The position numbers and the translations under genes are program-made. This document shows, piece after piece, positions 59,724 to 64,000 of a stretch of DNA of 64,000 nt. The stretch spans positions 1,152,001 to 1,216,000 of the forward strand of contig CBDHHL010000032.1 of NCBI GenBank assembly GCA_965263355.1, in the 5' to 3' direction. Numbering within the stretch: the stretch's first letter is position 1; the number at the start of each line of letters is the position of its first letter. Source of the stretch: Leptolyngbyaceae cyanobacterium (GTDB lineage: Bacteria > Cyanobacteriota > Cyanobacteriia > Phormidesmidales > Phormidesmidaceae). The notes under the pieces were generated by a model. That model saw only the letters and a program-made list of their open reading frames with translations, made no database searches and was not told the origin of the DNA.

Positions 59724-60764
59724 TCATACATTTTGATCTGACTGTTCATCCCACAATTTCAACCGCTCAGCAATCGCCTCAGGACTCGGCAACTCCTCCC
59801 GATACGCCTCCGGCAACTGCGGCACTATCGTATACGTCGCCACCCCAATCGGCATGGACGCCGTCCGCAACGCATACTCCACCACTATCTTATTCTTGTA
59901 CCGACAAATAATCATCCCAATCGGCGGATTCTCCCCCTCCTCCCGTTCCTGACGGTCCAATGCCTCCAAATAAAACTCCATCTTGCCTTTGTGCTCAGGC
60001 TTAAAGTCCCCAATTCTCAACTCAATTGCCACCAAACATCGCAACCGTCGATGAAACAACAGCAAATCAATAAAATACTCCTGCCCACCCACCTCTAACC
60101 GATACTAATTACCAATAAACGCAAACGCCCCACCCAGCTCAGACAAAAAAGACCGTAGGTTCCGTACCAACGCCTGCTCCAACTCCCGCTCCGAATGCTT
60201 GTCCGCCAGCTCTAGAAAGTCAAACGTATAGTGATCCTTAACCGCCAAAGCTGCCTGAGCCTTGATATCATCCGGCACCGTAGCATCAAAATTCGTCTGA
60301 TTTAGTAGATACTTCTCATAGCTTTTATTATCCACCTGATGCTGCAACACCGACTTGGTCCATCCATAGCGAGCCGTTGCCCGCAGGTAAAACTCCCGCT
60401 CTAAATCATCCTTACAGCGGCTGAAAATTACCAGGTTTTTCGTCCAGCTAATTTCTCTAACCAGTGGTTGGAGATTTGGCTTATCCACATAGGCACAGTA
60501 AAACTGACGCATAAACCATAGATTCTGAGTCGAAAACCCATTGCGCCCCGGAAACTCCGCCTGTAAATCCTGCGCCAGGGTTTCTACCACCGACTTGCCC
60601 CAACCCAAAGCCTGCTGCTTCTGATGGATCAGCTCCCCAATTTCCCAATACAGCCCCACCAGCTCACGGTTCACACTCCGCAGCGCCTGCAGCTGCCGCT
60701 CACGAATACGCTGCTTCACCTCATACAAAAAGCTGCCATAGCCCTGGGGCGTCATCTTACTCAC
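59724..60764 (-). pseudogene. YhcG/DUF1016 PDDEXK nuclease with an in-frame TAG
   Basis: LYWEIG, KDHYTFDFL, FIGN-TAG-YRLEV in frame with FIDLLLFHRRLRCLVAIELR; ExK appears as ELR. Confidence 0.88.
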
Positions 60765-60873
60765 AACAGTTTTTTCTCTTGGGTATTGCTCAGACTCTCG
60801 GTCAGCTTATTTATACGGATAATGTTTGGTACATCAATGCTATGCAAAATCACGTTCATGCTCCAGAGCATCC

Positions 60874-62526
60874 CTAAACATTAGCCAAATGTCGATGAAC
60901 AAACTGCACACAAATCGACCCTTCCCCTACACCAGAGGCCACCCGCTTCACCGACCCATGGCGCACATCCCCCACTGCAAAAATCCCCGACACACTAGTC
61001 TCCAACAAAAAGCGGTCTCTTTCTAACGGCCAGGGTGTCCCATGGGGAATATCCGCCCCACTATAAATAAAACCCCGCTCATCCCGCTGCACCACACCAT
61101 CAAGCCAGCCCGTACTCGGCGTCGCGCCAATAAAAATAAACAACGAGTTTGTCTTAAACACCTTCACCTCGTCAGCCTGAGAATCCTTCACCAAAATCTC
61201 TTCCAGCCGATCACCGCCTTTCGCCTCTACCACATTGTGAAACGGCATCACCTCAATATTGTCGGTGCCTGCAATCTGGTCAATCAAATACTGCGACATA
61301 CTTTTCGTCAGCGATTCACCCCGCACCAGCATCCGCACCTGGCGGGCATACTTCGAGAAATACATGGCCGCCTGTCCTGCCGAGTTAGCACCACCCACCA
61401 CATACACATCCTCATTCTCACAGGCCGCTGCCTCGGTCTGGGCCGCACCGTAGTACACCCCAGCCCCCGTAAACTGCTCCACACCTGGCACCGTCAGTCG
61501 TCGCCAGGCCACCCCCATTGCCAAAATCAATGCATGACAGCTAATCTCACTGCCATCTGACAGAGTCACAATCCGATAGTTATCTTCCAATCGAATACCC
61601 GTCGCCTCCTGGGGTGTTAAAATCTCTACACCAAATCGCTTTGCCTGGGTTACGGCGCGTCGGGCTAAATCTCCACCGCTCAAACCCACTGGAAAGCCTA
61701 AGTAGTTCTCGATCCGTGAGCTAGTGCCTGCCTGTCCACCAGGGGCCTCGCGCTCAATCATCACCGTACGTAGACCTTCCGACGCGCCATAAACTGCCGC
61801 TGCCAGACCTGCCGGACCACCACCGATGATCACCAGGTCATAAAACGGATTTGCCGCTTCAGTTTGCATCCCTACCTGCTGCGCCAGATCAGCCGGGCTA
61901 GGTTTTACTAGCTTCTCACCGCTGGGCAACAGCACTAATGGCAAACAGGGGTTATCCTTCTCGCCAGCATAGGTAACCAATTGTCGGGCTTCCTGGTTCG
62001 ACTCAATGTCCAACCAGCGATAGGGCACTTGATTTCGTGAGAGAAAATCCCGTAAAGAATGGGAAGCTGGAGACCAGCGATCGCTAATTACCTTTACCCC
62101 CTGAAATACTGGCTTAAACGTCGCCTGCCAGTCCTGTAGCAAATCGTCTAACACCGGATAAAGCTTTTCTTCCGGCGGGTCCCATGGCTTCAGCAAGTAA
62201 TAGTCTAGTTGCGCCGTATTAATGGCATCGATAGCTGCATTGGTATCAGCATAGGCCGTCAATAGTGTTCGCTTTGCCTTGGGAAATATTTCTGCGCCCT
62301 GATTCAAAAATTCAACGCCACTCATCCCCGGCATCCGCTGATCTGCTAAAAACAGTGCCACCGTATTGCCGCGTAGCTTAAGCTGCTGACTTACCTCTAG
62401 CGCCGTTGCCCCTGAGTCAGCTCGCACAATGCGAAAGCGATCTCCATACTGTTTCCGCAGATCACGGGAAATGGTCTGTAAGACAGCAGGATCATCATCA
62501 ATGGTCAAAATAACAGGCTTGTCCAT
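60874..62526 (-). CDS. Response regulator receiver fused to thioredoxin reductase-like FAD oxidoreductase
   Basis: IDDD, DQRMP, LKPW receiver; GGGPAG, SSRIENYLGFP, GGANSAGQAA, GDVRHGSVKRVAS. Confidence 0.93.
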   Translation of the reverse strand: MDKPVILTIDDDPAVLQTISRDLRKQYGDRFRIVRADSGATALEVSQQLKLRGNTVALFLADQRMPGMSGVEFLNQGAEIFPKAKRTLLTAYADTNAAIDAINTAQLDYYLLKPWDPPEEKLYPVLDDLLQDWQATFKPVFQGVKVISDRWSPASHSLRDFLSRNQVPYRWLDIESNQEARQLVTYAGEKDNPCLPLVLLPSGEKLVKPSPADLAQQVGMQTEAANPFYDLVIIGGGPAGLAAAVYGASEGLRTVMIEREAPGGQAGTSSRIENYLGFPVGLSGGDLARRAVTQAKRFGVEILTPQEATGIRLEDNYRIVTLSDGSEISCHALILAMGVAWRRLTVPGVEQFTGAGVYYGAAQTEAAACENEDVYVVGGANSAGQAAMYFSKYARQVRMLVRGESLTKSMSQYLIDQIAGTDNIEVMPFHNVVEAKGGDRLEEILVKDSQADEVKVFKTNSLFIFIGATPSTGWLDGVVQRDERGFIYSGADIPHGTPWPLERDRFLLETSVSGIFAVGDVRHGSVKRVASGVGEGSICVQFVHRHLANV

Positions 62527-62651
62527 GGGGCAAAGGTAAACTCATTGTTCGCATTCTGACAAAATCTGAGCCGTCTTATCATGAGAATGGTTAGACTTAA
62601 ATCATAGACAAAATTAGCGGATGCATCACAACCGTTTTCACCCCAAAACCA

Positions 62652-63494
62652 ATGAAAATGAATGCGAGTAAACAGTTTGAGACTCAGGGCTACATTATTC
62701 TAAAAAATTTCTTCGAACAAGAAGAAATTGAGCAAATCACTCAAATCGTTGACCGTATCTTTAGCCAGTGGCACACGGAAAATCAGCATGCAGTCATCGA
62801 GCAACAACTGATCAATATGCACTCGCTCACCCATCCAAAGTACTTTGAAAGCCATGGTCACGAAAGGCTTCAGTTCTTTAATTTAATCGCGTCTGCCAAA
62901 CTCACCAGTGCATTGGAGCAACTATTCAATACAGATATTTATTTTCACAATACACAACTCTTTTTTAACCCCTACAGTAAAGAAAAACATCCCTACTGGC
63001 ATCGTGATTTGCAATACAGCCCCATTGACGACAGGGTGCAGGCTGCAGAACAACACAACATGCTCAGCCTCCATGTGCGGATTCCCCTTGTCGCAGAAAA
63101 AGGAATAGAACTTATCCCCGACAGTCACACTCGCTGGGATACCGAACTGGAAAGAAATGTACGTTTTGAACTGAATGGTCATAAAAACCATGAAGCTCTA
63201 CCTGGGGCAGTCCTAATCGAACTCGAACCACGAGATGTATTAATCTTCAGTGCCCAAATAATTCACCGTGGCAATTACGCCCTGAATCCCACCCGTAAAG
63301 CTTTAGATCTCTGTTTAGGCAAACCCCATCCTTTAGTAAAGAGTTTTCTGGACCCAACAGGTCTGCCTACTAACGAAGAGATCAAACATATTCATAATTG
63401 TTCCTGGTACAATCTGGCACAGGAACTTGTCGCTGCTCAAGCAGAAACCCATGACTCATTTTCCAGAACAGCTAAAAGCTTTACCCAAGTTTGA
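62652..63494 (+). CDS. Phytanoyl-CoA dioxygenase-family protein
   Basis: FETQGY, YWHRDLQY (HxD), IPDSH, IHRG. Confidence 0.85.
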   Translation: MKMNASKQFETQGYIILKNFFEQEEIEQITQIVDRIFSQWHTENQHAVIEQQLINMHSLTHPKYFESHGHERLQFFNLIASAKLTSALEQLFNTDIYFHNTQLFFNPYSKEKHPYWHRDLQYSPIDDRVQAAEQHNMLSLHVRIPLVAEKGIELIPDSHTRWDTELERNVRFELNGHKNHEALPGAVLIELEPRDVLIFSAQIIHRGNYALNPTRKALDLCLGKPHPLVKSFLDPTGLPTNEEIKHIHNCSWYNLAQELVAAQAETHDSFSRTAKSFTQV

Positions 63495-63759
63495 CGGTCC
63501 CTTCGACGCCTATAAGCTAACGGCACAAAACTGTGATGTTCTGTTTGCCAGCTATCCTATCGGAACAGAGATTCCACCCCATACCCATGATACCGACAAT
63601 GTTGGCGTGATCACCCAGGGTGAACTCATTCTCATCATGGATGGAGAAGAAAAACACTATAAACCAGGTGACTGGTATCATGTTCCTGCCCAAGCAATTC
63701 ATGCCGCACGATTTGAACAAGAAACCTCAGAAATAGAATTTTGGTTCAAGGTGGATTAG
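63451..63759 (+). CDS. Cupin-domain protein
   Basis: IPPHTHD, GVITQGE, PGDWYHVPA..IHAA; ATG at 63451. Confidence 0.85.
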   Translation: MTHFPEQLKALPKFDGPFDAYKLTAQNCDVLFASYPIGTEIPPHTHDTDNVGVITQGELILIMDGEEKHYKPGDWYHVPAQAIHAARFEQETSEIEFWFKVD

Positions 63760-63927
63760 AGAGAGTTTTTAGCAAGGGGCAATCAGATATCCAGTCAGAA
63801 GGACCGTTCCCTATGTTAAGAGGTTAGCGTCGTAATGGATAAGTTCAAAAAGGGGGTAGTAGTTAAGGAATAATTAGGAATGGTATGTTTTGATTATGAC
63901 CTCGTCGCTCGTTCATAACTCACAACC

Positions 63928-64000
63928 ATGGTGATCTCCCCCAAACCCATTACCCAAATCGGCAGCAGCTTTGAGTTATCCATTGTTGTGCCCATTTACA
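63928..64000 (+). CDS. Probable GT2 glycosyltransferase N-terminus (runs off window)
   Basis: MVISPKP...ELSIVVPIY. Confidence 0.55.
   Translation, partial: MVISPKPITQIGSSFELSIVVPIY

Noticed and set aside
59555..59911. 118-aa Pro/His/Ser-rich plus-strand ORF
   Set aside because: Antisense to the yhcG end and the duplicated trxR fragment; composition explained by the opposite strand

Overview
Window from a filamentous cyanobacterium (Leptolyngbya/Leptolyngbyaceae-like), inferred from frequent HIP1 GCGATCGC sites, Uma2, XisH/XisI, Npun_R2821-type genes and a CCB-type factor. A housekeeping and cell-envelope core (pgk, USP, ylqF/rbgA, polysaccharide genes, LabA-like NYN, lptC, dacB, CCB, YciI; 12.8-29 kb) is flanked by accessory DNA. 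The standout is a co-oriented minus-strand five-gene locus at 1.8-10.4 kb. It encodes a wHTH-BTAD-NB-ARC-WD40 STAND regulator, a secreted 15-aa (3x5) repeat protein, a secreted ADYC-domain protein, a bacterial GRAS-domain protein with an intact SAM-type motif, and a ScyB-like (tryptophan-type) amino-acid dehydrogenase. Phased GGACG repeats resembling a SARP-type promoter lie in front of the four downstream genes. This is a candidate undescribed indole/auxin-related signalling or metabolite system. The rest of the window holds many decayed genes and rearrangement scars: a Uma2/C5-MTase/TOPRIM chimera, two MITEs with visible target-site duplications, a YhcG gene flanked by a duplicated 3' end of a RR-TrxR gene, attC-like palindromes, a low-GC AAA ATPase + DUF3226 pair and an Rpn gene with a probable internal antitoxin start. 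All family assignments are by eye from motifs; no searches were run.
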